DNA of 64,000 bases from the NCBI RefSeq assembly GCF_009914755.1, contig NC_060927.1. The stretch is one strand, 5' to 3'. The notes beneath the pieces are model-generated. The model did no database searches. It saw only the letters and a program-made list of their open reading frames with translations, and was not told the origin of the DNA. Source of the stretch: the human T2T-CHM13v2.0 reference genome, Homo sapiens. Numbering within the stretch: the stretch's first letter is position 1; every line of letters begins with the position of its first letter. Positions 27,235-40,920 of the stretch are shown here, piece by piece. A program made the position numbers and the translations under genes.

Positions 27235-28653
27235 GTAGGTGCCTGGGAGAGCCTCGAGGGAGATCATAAGTTTGGGGGCCTCCAGGGCTCTGCAGCCAGT
27301 GACAGGAGCTGTGCAATGGTGGTGCTTTCCCTCCTGGTGCTCTCTGCAGAGGGAGAAGCATTGGTCTGTTTGGAGTGGGAGGCTAAGGGTGTTGTGTGGC
27401 CTCTGTGGGTGGGCACTGTGCCCAGCACACCCCCCGCCCACACCACACACACACACCACACACCACACCCATGTAGTGGGCAAGAAGTGCTTTGCTGAGT
27501 GTTGGGCTGATGTTCAGGTCCCCGTCCTGGTGCAGGGGGAGAGTGGCTCTGTCTGCTGAGATGTGGTCCGAGGGGAGGCTGTGTGGCTCTGGAACCAGAG
27601 GCAGCCAGCTCCTGGCTCTGTCACTGAGCAACTGAGTGAATGTGGAGAAGTTGCTTCACTTCTCTGGGCTCTTCCTCAGTAAAAGGGGAGCCTGGTTCCT
27701 CTGCCTTGGGTCCCTCGGAGGACACTCAGCTGTGTGGTGGTGGCACATTGGGTGTGGACACACGAGTGTCCTTTCTTCCTCACTGCACCCCTTCCAAACC
27801 AAGTGTGTGGTGAGAAGCCGATGTGACTTCCCCTGACCGTGGTCACAAACATAGGCATGGAAGGGGCACTGTCACAACAGAGGCCAGTGAGGAGTAGCTG
27901 GTCCTGGAGATCTCACCATCTGGGGGCAAGTGAAGGCTGCTCTCAGAGCCCCAGGCCCCATGAGAGGAGCAGAGAAAGGCACCAGCCCCACTGGACACAC
28001 CTCCCCAGGAGGAAGGGACATTTGGACTGGTCAGGGCTGGCACCAGCTGGCTCATCAGACTCAGGGGAGGGCTGCTGACTCGCTCATTCACTGACATCTG
28101 CATGGATCTCACCCACACTGGACAAAGGGAATCCAGGCATGCATTCTTTTATTCAAAAAGTATTTACACCGTGCCAGCCCTGTTCCAGGCACCATCCCTG
28201 TCCCCCGGTATCAGGAGGTGGAGTCAGGCAATGAACAAACAACCCCAGGAATACGCATTATTAGCTCCAGGTTAGAGGTGAGGATGCTGAGGTCCAGAGA
28301 GGTTAGCGACTTGCCAAGGCTACACAGCTAGTCGATGGTGGAGCTGAGATTCTAACACAGGCTTCAGCCTTGCTCTTAGCCACTGTGCTGTGTGACCTCC
28401 AAGAACAAAGTAGCCTGGAGGCAGAGGGAGTTGGGGATGTGTAGGTGGGAGGACTGCTGTTGAGATAGAATGTCAGGGGCTGTCACGATGTATAGGCACA
28501 CCCACCCCTACCCAGGCAAGTGGGGTCAGGGCTGTTCTCTAGGTGGGGCCCACCCTACCAATCTGGGCTCCTGGTTCCTGCTAGGGATGGAGTGGCAGGT
28601 GGCATGGGGGAGGCAGTGCCACCCCTCCACAGCTGGTCCTGCCTTGTGTCCAG

Positions 28654-28774
28654 TGATGTGTCAGACAGCTTACTGGAGGACCTCATTGCCACCCACCTGG
28701 TGCTGCCCAACCGTGTGACTGTGCCTGTGAAGAAGGGGCTGGATCTGACCAACCTGCGCTTCCCTCTGCCCTGT
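28654..28774 (+). CDS. ESYT3: ESYT3 exon 8 (SMP end)
   Basis: tgtccag|T GAT...TGT|gtgagt; DVSDSLLEDLIATHLVLPNR...FPLPC, 121 nt. Confidence 0.95.
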
Positions 28775-29216
28775 GTGAGTACCCAGTACTAGCCACAGAC
28801 CAGCCTGCTGGGAGGCAGCGCAAATATCCTCTCAGCCTTCACATGTGGTGCATTGGCTTTATTTCACACTAATGCTTGACAGTCCCAGAAAAATGGTACA
28901 AACACCATCGCCCACGTCATAATTACTAAAGACATTTTGTCCTTGGGGTGTATCCCACTTGGGAGGTAGTGTCAAATTTACTGCATTCTAAACTTACTTG
29001 GAATATTTCCTCTGTTTGTGACAACTGACCATGAATATTTACATTGACTTGTTTCATTCTGGTCTCCATTTTTAGGGTTTTATACCTTAACTTCCTTTTA
29101 CAATTATGTAAAGTAGTTGTACATTTCCAAAGTCCAATTAAAAAACAAATTACATTTTAAGGAGTCTGGCTTCTATCCCTTGTTCCCTCCACCTACTCCC
29201 CACCCTTCACTTATAA

Positions 29217-29961
<745 letters not shown>

Positions 29962-30912
29962 CCCAGTGTGCTTTTAACACTGAGTATGTCATGAGGATCA
30001 TGCTATGACAGTGTAGATTAGAGATCTTCCACATTCTTTTTAAGAGCTCCAAAGTACTTCACTATGGGAATGTACTGAAGTTTATTCAACACAGTTCCTA
30101 TTGATGGACCATTATGTTGTGTTGGGTCTTTCACTATTACAAATAGTAGTGTAATGAATAGCCTTGCATACATGTCTTTTTATATTTTTGCTAGTATGCC
30201 CTTGGGATAGATTCCTAGAAATGGGATTTCTGGGTCAAAGAGTAAATGCATGTGTATTTACTAATGTTAAAAAAATTCTAGGAAGGAGATATATCTCAAA
30301 ACCCATGAACTATGCCTTTCCTAATTCCTGTGCTCCAGTCTTTATTAACAGAGTTATATCTCTTTCATTTCCTTTTAAACATCTATTCATGCAAGTGTAG
30401 GGAGGGGGTCTGCCCTGTAGTACAGTCCAGAATGTGGTGGGGATGAGGCTCAGTGTTGGGGCCTTTAGGAGTGCAGGTACCTACTGTCAGCAGCTGGCAG
30501 TGCCCACAGGGGCCAGGAGAAGGGATGCTAGGACTCCCTTGTTGGAGTCTACATGTAGGACACACAACAGAGGGGTCTGGAGTAAAGGAGGAAGCTTCCT
30601 TAGGTGTCATGATTGTTGGCACAGGAGGGAGACAGATAGCTGCAGTTGAATAAGCCATTCATGTGGCAGTTTGGAGGCAGGGAGTTTGGAGGCCAGGGCT
30701 GTGGGCAGGGCATACTGATGGAGAGAGCCCTGCCATCACTTGCTGTGTGGCCTTGGCCAGGTCACTGCCGTATCTGGCTTCTATCTCCTGGTCCAGACCG
30801 TGGAGGGGGCAATATGGGGGCAGCAGTGATCTCTGATGGTTTTAGCTCTGATACTCCAGGACTTGGAGGCCCCAGGAAGCAGCTGTGAGCCCTGGGCTTG
30901 GACATTTTCCAG

Positions 30913-31083
30913 GGGGTGATCAGAGTGCACTTGCTGGAGGCAGAGCAGCTGGCCCAGAAGGACAACTTTCTGGGGCTCCGAGGCAAGTCAGATCCCTACG
31001 CCAAGGTGAGCATCGGCCTACAGCATTTCCGGAGTAGGACCATCTACAGGAACCTGAACCCCACCTGGAACGAAGTGTTTGAG
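30913..31083 (+). CDS. ESYT3: ESYT3 exon 9 (C2A)
   Basis: ttttccag|GGG...GAG|gtaagg; GVIRVHLLEA...KSDPY...NPTWNEVFE C2 motifs, 171 nt. Confidence 0.97.
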
Positions 31084-31906
31084 GTAAGGGTCTCCTTGGC
31101 TGCTTCTAGCCTTCACTCTGAGTCATGCTGGGCAGAGGCAATCCAGGGGCAACACTAGGCAGGGAGTGGGCCTTGGAGACAGGCAGGTCTGTGGAATTCC
31201 TGCTCCTGTATCTACCAGGCTTCCAGACTGGGTTACTCTGGCCCGACTAAAGGGCCAGCCTGAAGGCAAATTCCTACCTCCTTTCCCCTTCCAACTTTGT
31301 TAGAAGTTAACAAATCAAAGAGAAAGAGCCTTAGAGGCATTTCTGCTCCACTCTTCTCAGCTTCCCCTGTCAGAGCCAAACATCAGGAGCCTGAAGTTAT
31401 TCCTTAAGTTCAACCACAATCCCTACTATTTGAAGGGTGGGACCCACAGCCTGTTAAGCCCCCCAGATTACACGCTCCAGGAGCCACATCTTAGGTGACC
31501 CCTCTCAACTTCTCCTCTCAATATACCATCTGGATGCTCTGTTACGTTTGGGGTGAGGCAGTGAAAGCAGGGGTGCTAAAAGGCAGCTTGGGGCTTCCTG
31601 ATATTGTAGACTCACGGAGGGGCCAGGAGAATGTAACGAACAGGTGCTCAGGACACCGCATGGCCCATGCAGAACAAACAGCCACTGTCCCCTGGGCACC
31701 TGCTCTGCCATGGCTTGCACATGTTTTCTCTAATCTTCTCTTCCCCCCGAAGGGGAGGGGCTTCACTCCCTTCTTATGGGTGGGGTTCTTGAGGCACTGA
31801 GGGGGTCAGGAACCTGCTAGCGTTCTGAGCCATGATTTGGCTCCCTTTGGGTCATATGTCAGGTCGACTGTTGCCTGCAGGTCAAGACACCTCTTTTTCC
31901 TTCCAG

Positions 31907-31989
31907 TTCATGGTGTACGAAGTCCCTGGACAGGACCTGGAGGTAGACCTGTATGATGAGGATACCGACAGGGATGACTTCCTGGGCAG
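31907..31989 (+). CDS. ESYT3: ESYT3 exon 10 (C2A acidic Ca2+-binding loop)
   Basis: ccttccag|TTC...AG|gtgagg; LEVDLYDEDTDRDDFLG, 83 nt. Confidence 0.96.
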
Positions 31990-33266
31990 GTGAGGAGGAG
32001 GGCGCACAGCTGGGCCTGGAGGCAGCCTTCCCTCCCTGCGGGGTGCTGGGCTAGATACCCTGCTCCTACCACTTAATGACTAGCAACCCGCTGTGGTCAC
32101 CCTGACATAGTGACTGTGCCAGGCAACCTGCCTCACCATTCTACATTCCTACCACAAACCTTCCCAGATGTCTCCCAAGTGCCCAGCCCTGACCTAGGCC
32201 CTGGGGGGTACAGAGAGGACCCCAAGATTTGTATATTACGGCTTTGCTTTCTGTCTTCCTGATAATATACCAAGTCCCCATTTGGAGTAGTAGACAAGGC
32301 TGGCATGGATGGCCAGATGCTCAGTCCCAAGGAACCCTGGGCCATGCTCTAGGGGGTAGAACCCAGCCCTTCAGGGGTATGAGAGGACTAAAATGATCAG
32401 GGTGGGGCTGGCTATCAAAATTTAAAACTTACATGTATTTTGGTCCAGCAGTCCCACTTCCAGGATCTCCTATAAAATAAAAGCCCTAGTATCTGAAATG
32501 TTTATTGCAGAACTATCCATAGAAGAAAAAGAACACCCCCATCCCCTAAATGAATATCTAACCTCAGAGAACACTGGCTGAATGTTTGAATACATTTTCC
32601 ATTGCCAAACTACAGAATATTCTGCAGCTCTGAAAAACAAGTGGAATCTCTGTGTATTAACCTGGAGGACACCCATTATGAAGTGGGGGAGAGCAGCTGG
32701 GCATAACATGTCATTTGAGTCATCATCTGGGAGAGGAACCTTGAATGTGTATTTTTGCATGTGTTCATGTTAGCAGAGAAAGGCAGGCTGTTAACACCGC
32801 TTATCTCAGATGAGGAAGCAGAAAAGGCAGGTTTACCCAAATCTTCAGATTGCTGTGTTGTTTAGCTTGTTTCCAAGATCATGTAATTTTGAAAAGTAGA
32901 AACAAAACAAACTGGGAGGGGGCACAATCTGACAGTTTCAGAAACAAGCAGAATCTATGTGTATTATTAGCCTGGATGTTAATACACATAGATTCACCAC
33001 CAGATGTTGCTTATCATTTTTTATTTTTATCTTAATGAAAACAGTTGCAATTTTTGTAATGTTGCAGATTAGAAGTGTGGCTTGTGGGTCATGCTTTATG
33101 TATTAGTAACTGATTTCAGGTGTGTTTTGAGCTTAAGCATGTTTCTTACAGTTATATAGAATTACATTTTCCCCTCTGGCTGTCAGGACCTTCTGGTTGG
33201 GCTTGGCTCAGGGTGAGTTAGGGGCAAGCTGAGGTGTGGGTGTTACCTCCTCTCACACACACATGC

Positions 33267-33643
33267 TGTGTTAGTCCATATTTTATTGCTATAAAGGATA
33301 CCAGAGGCCAGGTAATTTATAAAGAAAAGAGAGTTTTCTGGCTCATGGTTCTGCAGGCTGTACATGAAGCATAGTGCCAGCATTTACTCAGGGCAGAAGG
33401 TGAAGAGGGATCAGGTATGTCACATGGCAAGAGAGAAGGGAGCAACAGGAGTGAGGATGTCCCCGCTTCTTTTTAACAACCAGATCTTGCATGAGCTCAT
33501 TACTGTGGGGAGGGCACCAAGCCATTCATGAGGGATCTGCCCCCATGACCCAAACACCTCTCACTAGGCCCCGCCCACCTTTAACATATGGGGATCACAT
33601 TTCAACATGAGATTTGGAGGGGACAGACATCCAAACTACATCA
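33267..33643 (-). mobile_element. MST (ERVL-MaLR) solo LTR
   Basis: TG...CA ends, 5-bp TSD catgc on both sides, ggtaatttataaagaaaagag and tttcaacatgagatttggagggg motifs. Confidence 0.88.
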
Positions 33644-34128
33644 CATGCCAACTATACTTTCCCTTGTAGGGCACCTGGGGTAGATTTGGAAATGAAGGGG
33701 CATTTGGGGTTATTGACATGACTGTGAGAGGTGGTTCTTCTGGCATTTAAAGGGTACAGGACCAGGAGGCCAAATTTCTGCAATGCATGGGTAGTTTTGC
33801 ACAATGAAGAATCATCCCACCCAAAATGCTAGTCGCACTGTCACTGAGAAATCCAGAGGTGATGTGTCCAGCAGCCTCTGCTTGTCCCCTGTGGGGATGG
33901 GAGCCCCCTTCCTCCCCAAGTAGCACACCCAGTGGGAGCAGCCCTGATGGTAGTTAGTCTTTCCTTCACTCGAGCTGATGGTGGTCTCCCATTGGTTCCT
34001 TGGGGTAAGATCCTCTGTCTTAATGGCCGCACTCAGATATCTGAAAACAGAGTCCAGTGTGGGCCTCCATGCCCTCTGCTGCTTTCTTCCTCTGAGCTGA
34101 CCCAATCCCCTCTCCCTGTATATTCCAG

Positions 34129-34177
34129 CCTGCAGATCTGCCTTGGAGATGTCATGACCAACAGAGTGGTGGATGAG
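34129..34177 (+). CDS. ESYT3: ESYT3 exon 11
   Basis: attccag|C CTG...GAG|gtacag; LQICLGDVMTNRVVDE, 49 nt. Confidence 0.94.
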
Positions 34178-34672
34178 GTACAGTTGGTGCTTGCAACCCT
34201 CGGGGGAGTTTCAAGGTAGCCCTTTCCTGTGGACAGCTCCAGCAGCTTGCTTCAGCCCAGCTATTCCTATGCTGTGGTCCCCCTCTGTGCTAGGCTCCAT
34301 CCTCAGGGCAAGAGCTGGGTGAGGCACAGATGGCTCCAGGGTATTCTCCAGGGCCCCAGCTGGAAGAAGTTTCCCTGGGAAATACCCACAGATTAAGGAC
34401 CCCAGCAGGGGACAGTCACATTATAGGGGAGGGCAGGCTGGGCCTGGGTTTTTTTTAATCCCACAGTGTAGCACTTCTGTCTTCCTATAACCACATCTCC
34501 CAGTCCCTCTGAGCCCAGAGCATACCCTGTCTGGGCTGGTCCACCTTTTCCCATACTAGGACAGGTTTCCCTGTCCCTACTAGGATGCCAGGTCTCAGGA
34601 CTGGGCTGCCCAGAGAGCATCAGTAGCATCTCCCTGGCCCTTTTCCCTGAGCTTTCTGCCCCTACCCCACAG

Positions 34673-34762
34673 TGGTTTGTCCTGAATGACACAACCAGCG
34701 GGCGGCTGCACCTGCGGCTGGAGTGGCTTTCATTGCTTACTGACCAAGAAGTTCTGACTGAG
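34673..34762 (+). CDS. ESYT3: ESYT3 exon 12
   Basis: ccccacag|TGG...GAG|gtgagt; WFVLNDTTSGRLHLRLEW...LTE, 90 nt. Confidence 0.95.
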
Positions 34763-35222
34763 GTGAGTGTGGGGTGTCAAGGGCTCCCTTGCAGAAAGGT
34801 GGAGGAGCACACGTGCCGGGTGTGTGCAGGTGGAGGAAGGGTGGGAGATGATGCCCCCTTCTTGCTCACCTCCTGAAGAACATGTCACTCAGCCCGTCTC
34901 CACACAGGGCAGCTCCTGATAGCTCTCAGCAAATGTCCTCTGAGCATCTCCATCATCTTTAGATGATGGGGTCCTTAGAACTCTGTGTCAATGCCTGTCC
35001 TCCCAGTTCATAGGGAAATCCACTCAGTGTCTAACTTGAATCTGTCATGCACCAGTTATAGTCTTAACCTCAACAAAATGCTAGGTTGTGAGAGGTCCTC
35101 CGGCAGCTAGTCTGGAGTGTGAAGGCTAGCTGGCTTTCTTCTGCCATGAGTAGGCTTCTCCAAAATCAGTCTTTGTGTCCTGCTGCTGGGAGTACCCAGT
35201 GAGGGTCTGTGTCTGTTTGCAG

Positions 35223-35285
35223 GACCATGGTGGCCTTTCCACTGCCATTCTCGTGGTCTTCTTGGAGAGTGCCTGCAACTTGCCG
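35223..35285 (+). CDS. ESYT3: ESYT3 exon 13 (C2B)
   Basis: tttgcag|GAC...CCG|gtgagt; DHGGLSTAILVVFLESACNLP, 63 nt. Confidence 0.95.
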
Positions 35286-35386
35286 GTGAGTGGTGACATG
35301 TCCAGAGTGTCACACAAACGCAACAAAGTGCCCATCACTTTCAAATTGTCCTGTGTTGCTTTAACCCCGTTATTCCTGTGCTGCAG

Positions 35387-35449
35387 AGAAACCCTTTTGA
35401 CTACCTGAATGGTGAATATCGAGCCAAAAAACTCTCCAGGTTTGCCAGA
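35387..35449 (+). CDS. ESYT3: ESYT3 exon 14
   Basis: gctgcag|AGA...AGA|gtgagt; RNPFDYLNGEYRAKKLSRFAR, 63 nt. Confidence 0.93.
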
Positions 35450-36003
35450 GTGAGTGAGTATGTGGCTAAAAACTCCAGGGAGGGCAAATCACAGCTTCTC
35501 TCCCCAGAGTAACCACAACCCCATGTCTTCTGGGCCACAGTCTGTGCACACACAGCCTGGGGATAACAAGAGGTGCTGATTGTGGAGTCTACTGTGTGCC
35601 AGGCACTAGGCTTGGCAACTCATCCCCCACATTTGTTATCCCTGAGTCTCATGATGACTGTGTCATTCATTTTTATTACCATTTTCTGGGTCACACAGCT
35701 AAGAGGAGGAGCCAGATTCCACACTGTTTTCATAGCCCCAGGGAACGAGAGCCTGTGCCTGGCCAGGCCCAGCTCTGGCTTCTGGTCTTTTAACTTGGAA
35801 CTGCTTTCTGGGGTTGGTCCTGTCCTGGGGCTCGCACAGTAATGACAGCCCAGGGGGACTGGGGCATTAGAGTAGCTTTCTCTCAAAGAGAAGTAACTGG
35901 GTGGCCCCAGTTCCCCCAGATGCTCCTGGGGGTTGGGGGTAGGACTGTCTCAAGCTGATATTGACTATGCCACCTTCACTGTTATGGATTTGATTCCTCA
36001 CAG

Positions 36004-36072
36004 AACAAGGTCAGCAAAGACCCTTCTTCCTATGTCAAACTATCTGTAGGCAAGAAGACACATACAAGTAAG
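36004..36072 (+). CDS. ESYT3: ESYT3 exon 15 (C2B)
   Basis: ctcacag|AAC...AAG|gtaaga; NKVSKDPSSYVKLSVGKKTHTSK, 69 nt. Confidence 0.95.
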
Positions 36073-36627
36073 GTAAGACAGCTTGGTGTGTAGCCCTGGG
36101 GTAAGGAAACAAGGACCCAGCCCTTCTCAGGGAGAGAGGCAAAAGGGAGGGGAATTAACTTATGGTGAATGCCTAGTAGGCACTTGATGTTATTTAGTCT
36201 TCAGAATAACCTCACAAAATAGTTTTATAATTCAAGAATCTGAGGATCAGAGATAAATGACTTGACCAAGGACACAGAACTAGGGTTCAAGCTTGGGCAT
36301 GGTTCTGAAGCCCATGTCCTTTCCACCAATCATGAATTTTCTCAGTCCAGCAGCAGAAATCCTGTTGGCCTCTCCTCTCCTGAAGTGAGCTCTAAGGCCA
36401 ATATGATTTTCAGCTCCCCCGTAAAAATTCCTGGCAAACCACTCCCTGCCTTTGAGTGTTGTCCCGTCCTAGTGCCTCCCACTAGCTGTAGCGTGTTTGG
36501 GTCTGATCCCAGGGCATATAGGTAAGGTTCCCAATGGTACCTGGTGGCCAGAGTGATAGCAGAGGGTGCCGGTATCCAGCTCTGCCCAACCTAACCCTTC
36601 AATGATCTCTCCCTCTTCTGTTCCCAG

Positions 36628-36714
36628 ACCTGTCCCCACAACAAGGACCCTGTGTGGAGCCAGGTGTTCTCCTTCTTTGTGCACAATGTGGCCACTGAGC
36701 GGCTCCATCTGAAG
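36628..36714 (+). CDS. ESYT3: ESYT3 exon 16 (C2B)
   Basis: ttcccag|ACC...AAG|gtttga; TCPHNKDPVWSQVFSFFV...LHLK, 87 nt. Confidence 0.94.
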
Positions 36715-37444
36715 GTTTGATGGAAGAAGGGCTCTTGAAACAGAGTTAAGAGGTTTCTAAGCCAGGCGGGCTGGGAAGCTTGAAGTGCACCTTGAGCAGG
36801 TTCTCCTGGCAGCGTTTAAAGTCAGCCCCTTGTATGTAAGAGAGGACACTGAGGCCCCACAAGGCCTCATCTCCTTAAGGCTAGTGCCTGAGGTCACTGT
36901 ATAGGGGGATGTGGGAGGATAAATCCTCAAGTCCCTTGACTTTCCCTGCAAAAGGGTCTTTATATTTGCTACACAGTACCCAGAGCAGCCTATCTACACA
37001 GGACATTAATAATGGTGTACTTTAAAAAATATATGTTTCATTTAATCTTCACAAAAGATCTGTAGAGTAAGCAAAGAGAGGCAAAAACAATGTCTTGTCC
37101 AAGATCTCATGACCAACAAGTGGTGGAGCTGGGATCTTTTAGGGCCCTGAGCCCTGCCTGGAGAGCAGCACAGCTCATCAGTCCCCAAAGCCCCCTGGCT
37201 CTGGGCATTTGACAGACTAGCTCATACAGATCATAATTGCCTCTACTCTGAGTCACTATCTTCCCTGACAGAAGACAAGGACCAGGTCTGGCCTGATCCC
37301 ATTCTAGTTTTCAGAATAGGACCAGATGCCCATAGAAGCACAGTACAGACTGAAGTAAACCCAAACTTGGCTGGGGCTCAGATACTAGTAGTGGAGTGGT
37401 GGGGCTTGGTTATCCTCTTGTTTTGTGACTGGACCACTGCCCAG

Positions 37445-37594
37445 GTGCTTGATGATGACCAGGAGTGTGCTCTGGGAATGCTGGAGGTCCCCCTGTGCCA
37501 GATCCTCCCCTATGCTGACCTCACTCTTGAGCAGCGCTTTCAGCTGGACCACTCAGGCCTGGACAGCCTCATCTCCATGAGGCTGGTGCTTCGG
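37445..37594 (+). CDS. ESYT3: ESYT3 exon 17 (C2B end)
   Basis: tgcccag|GTG...CGG|gtaaat; VLDDDQECALG...MRLVLR, 150 nt. Confidence 0.95.
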
Positions 37595-38930
37595 GTAAAT
37601 CTCTCCGGTCCCCTGGGGGAGGGGAGGAATAGAGCTCTGGCAATGGAGCAAGGTGTACTGCCCCAGCACTAAGCACCTGCTGTGTGCCTGGAAGAAGCCA
37701 GGAGATGGATTCATGTTTTTCATCAATTTTGAAATACTGAATGGGAGCAAGTCAATATTCAAAGAGATACAGGCTCTTCAAATATTGCCTCTCCTCCATT
37801 CTTCTTAAATTCCTCTCTCTAGAATTTTCTATAATGTACCTTCTCATCTATCCTCCATGTCTCTTGACCTCAACTAAATATTTCCCTTCTCTGTATTCAT
37901 GGTGGTACATTCTAATTCTCTCAAGAGCTATCTTCCAGGCCACTAATTCTTTGGCTATGCCTAGTTTGCTGTTTAACCTGTTCATAGTTTTTTCAATGGT
38001 GGTTTTTCATTTCTATTTTTATCTTTTCCAAATCTATTTGGTATTTTCTCATAGAATTTTATTATCTTCTCATGTTTATATTCCATCTTTGGTCATTTGA
38101 AAATATGTTACAATGTATTAATATGTATGTTCTATTATTTGAAGATCTTGGGAGTTAAATTTTGATGTTTGTTTTGTCTGTTGATGCTTTTTGATGGTGA
38201 CTCATTTCTGTTTTATAACTTGGATTGCAAACATATGTTCAGTGTTCCTTTATGACCTGGATCGAGGTTGTTCTCTTCCAAGGAGCTTCTGCTTTTGCTG
38301 CAGCTCAGTACCTCAGGTGCATTACAAACTTGAGTCCATTTTTGTGTATATTTCTTAACTTTGGGTTTCAAGATCCCATAGGTAGCTCATATTTATACTC
38401 AAAATTCATATGAGGACAGGCCTATGAGGTGCCATGTTATTAGGAAAGACTTTATCCCCTCAACCAGAGTACAGGCTGTGGCAAACACATGTTCTTGTCA
38501 TCAGTCTTTGCTGGTAGGCCGAATAATTTTTATCCTAAACTACTTTTTTAACTAAAGAGATCCCACCTTCATGGGTCTTCCCTTCAGCTCCTAGCCTCAC
38601 AGCCTCTTCTAACTCCCTGAATTCCAAGGTTGATATACAACCCTAGGAAAGCTTAACTTATTTTTCAGATTTTTTCTTTTTTTAACAGAATTATCCTTAT
38701 TTTCTTGTGAATTTGGCTATGCATTTCAAAGGATGTTTGCTTCATTTTATTTGGCATTTCTAACAAGTTTTTCAGAATATTTGGAACACCATATGTATTA
38801 CTGGAAATGGAAGTTCCCTAGGAAGGGTCTTTATAATTCACAACTGAGGGGAAAGGGGGAACGGGAAACAATGGCTGAGGTTGTGGAAGTGGTGACTCAG
38901 CTCATAAGCCACCCTCTTATCTGCTTGCAG

Positions 38931-39427
38931 TTCCTGCAAGTGGAGGAACGAGAGCTGGGGAGCCCATACACAGGACCTGAAGCCCTAAAGAAAGGCCCTC
39001 TGCTCATCAAGAAAGTGGCTACCAACCAGGGTCCCAAAGCCCAACCTCAGGAAGAAGGCCCTACAGATTTGCCATGTCCCCCAGACCCTGCTTCTGATAC
39101 TAAGGACGTATCCAGGAGTACCACAACCACCACCAGTGCTACCACCGTTGCCACTGAGCCCACATCCCAAGAGTCAGGCCCAGAGCCTAAAGGCAAGGAC
39201 AGTGCCAAAAGGTTCTGTGAGCCCATCGGGGAGAAGAAGAGTCCAGCCACCATCTTCCTGACTGTCCCAGGTCCCCACTCTCCAGGGCCCATCAAGTCAC
39301 CCAGACCCATGAAATGCCCTGCCTCCCCATTCGCATGGCCGCCCAAGAGGCTGGCTCCCAGCATGTCCTCGCTCAACTCCTTGGCCTCTTCTTGCTTTGA
39401 CCTGGCAGATATCAGCCTCAACATTGA
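38931..39427 (+). CDS. ESYT3: ESYT3 exon 18 (P/S/T-rich linker)
   Basis: cttgcag|TTC...GA|gtatgc; FLQVEERELG...DISLNI, 497 nt. Confidence 0.95.
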
Positions 39428-40103
39428 GTATGCACCTCTCTGCTTAATCTTTTCTAAAATCGCCTGTATGAAAAATACCTCGCTGGATGGAAAAGTAGAT
39501 ATGAACTTACATTTCTGTGCAAGTTGTTTTTTCACAAAATATCTTCCTAAGAGGCAGCATGGTGTGGTAGAAAGAACACAGGACAAGGGAGAGAGAGCCA
39601 AACAGGCTGTTTATGGCTCTAGCTGCGTACTGACTATAAAATAGATGCTGGACTCTGGTTGGTAAGGTCCCTTCCAGCAGAACCATTGAGTTATACTGGG
39701 ATGACATGGAAAGCTTAATATGTAGAATTATGTAATAAATGGCTGTCATTTATGAAGGGTTTACTATGGGCTTAGCATGTTACCTGATTTAATTCAACCT
39801 TCACAATAACCCTACAAGATGGAACTATCATAAAAGTTTAATAAATTCATCCAAGGTCCCAAAAGGAATCATGATACAAAGGCAGATTCCACTTCAGGGT
39901 TCCCGTTCTTCCTACTACGAAGTAGGATAATTATACATGAATGCTGGATGGAACTGAATTCCATCTGAAAGTAAACTCACTGTGAATTATTATCCTACAT
40001 GGCTCTATACTCCTCAAGCAGGAATGCTTCTTTGTCTTTGGGGGTGGCGGAAGAGGGCCAATGCTTGTTATGGCGAGAGAAGTGATGGGCTCTTTCTTTA
40101 CAG

Positions 40104-40202
40104 AGGTGGGGACCTCAGGCGACGGCAGCTGGGTGAGATTCAGCTCACAGTGCGCTATGTGTGTCTGCGGCGCTGCCTCAGCGTGCTAATCAATGGCTGC
40201 AG
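40104..40202 (+). CDS. ESYT3: ESYT3 exon 19 (C2C start)
   Basis: ctttacag|A GGT...AG|gtaaag; GGDLRRRQLGEIQLTVRY...INGC, 99 nt. Confidence 0.95.
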
Positions 40203-40788
40203 GTAAAGGGATTCTAGGGCCAGGGAGGTCCTTTGGGAGCATCAGGTGACCATAAATCAGAGTAGGGACACTCAGAGCAATGAAAAGGGCACATAGTCCC
40301 AAGATAAATAACACTTTGGGGGAAAAATGAGATTTGAAGGCCTGAACACTGTAATCAAGTCCTCAAAGGGGCACTTTGGCCATCATTCTTCAGTGATGCT
40401 GATGGGCTCAAGAGCCAAGGGCTTTGCTCAGACGCAACCACTGCAAGACTGTCTGGAGTGGCTGGTAGCCAGTACATTTTCCAAGTGAGAATCTCAAACT
40501 TCCCTTAGAAGGAAAGTACTTGCTCTACTCCAAGCATTATAAAGATGCGTGTTATCAAAAACATTCATCTGATATTTTGTCCTCTAAATTCTACAGGCTA
40601 TTACTTTTGATCATCAGGACCACTGAGCATTTTTATCCTTAAGCGTATCTAATGCTGAATGGCTAATATAGCCTTCTCTCAAATGTTTGAAGTGTTTGAA
40701 ACTCTCAAACACTGAAACTCTCAAATGTTCAGTGTTTGAAAACCAGGGCCCTTTTTTTTTTTTCCTAATGTCTTTGACACCAAATCAG

Positions 40789-40920
40789 AAACCTAACACC
40801 ATGTACCAGCAGTGGAGCTGATCCCTACGTCCGTGTCTACTTGTTGCCAGAAAGGAAGTGGGCATGTCGTAAGAAGACTTCAGTGAAGCGGAAGACCTTG
40901 GAACCCCTGTTTGATGAGAC
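40789..40920 (+). CDS. ESYT3: ESYT3 exon 20 (C2C basic patch)
   Basis: aaatcag|A AAC...AC|gtaagt; [33 protein letters not shown], 132 nt. Confidence 0.96.
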
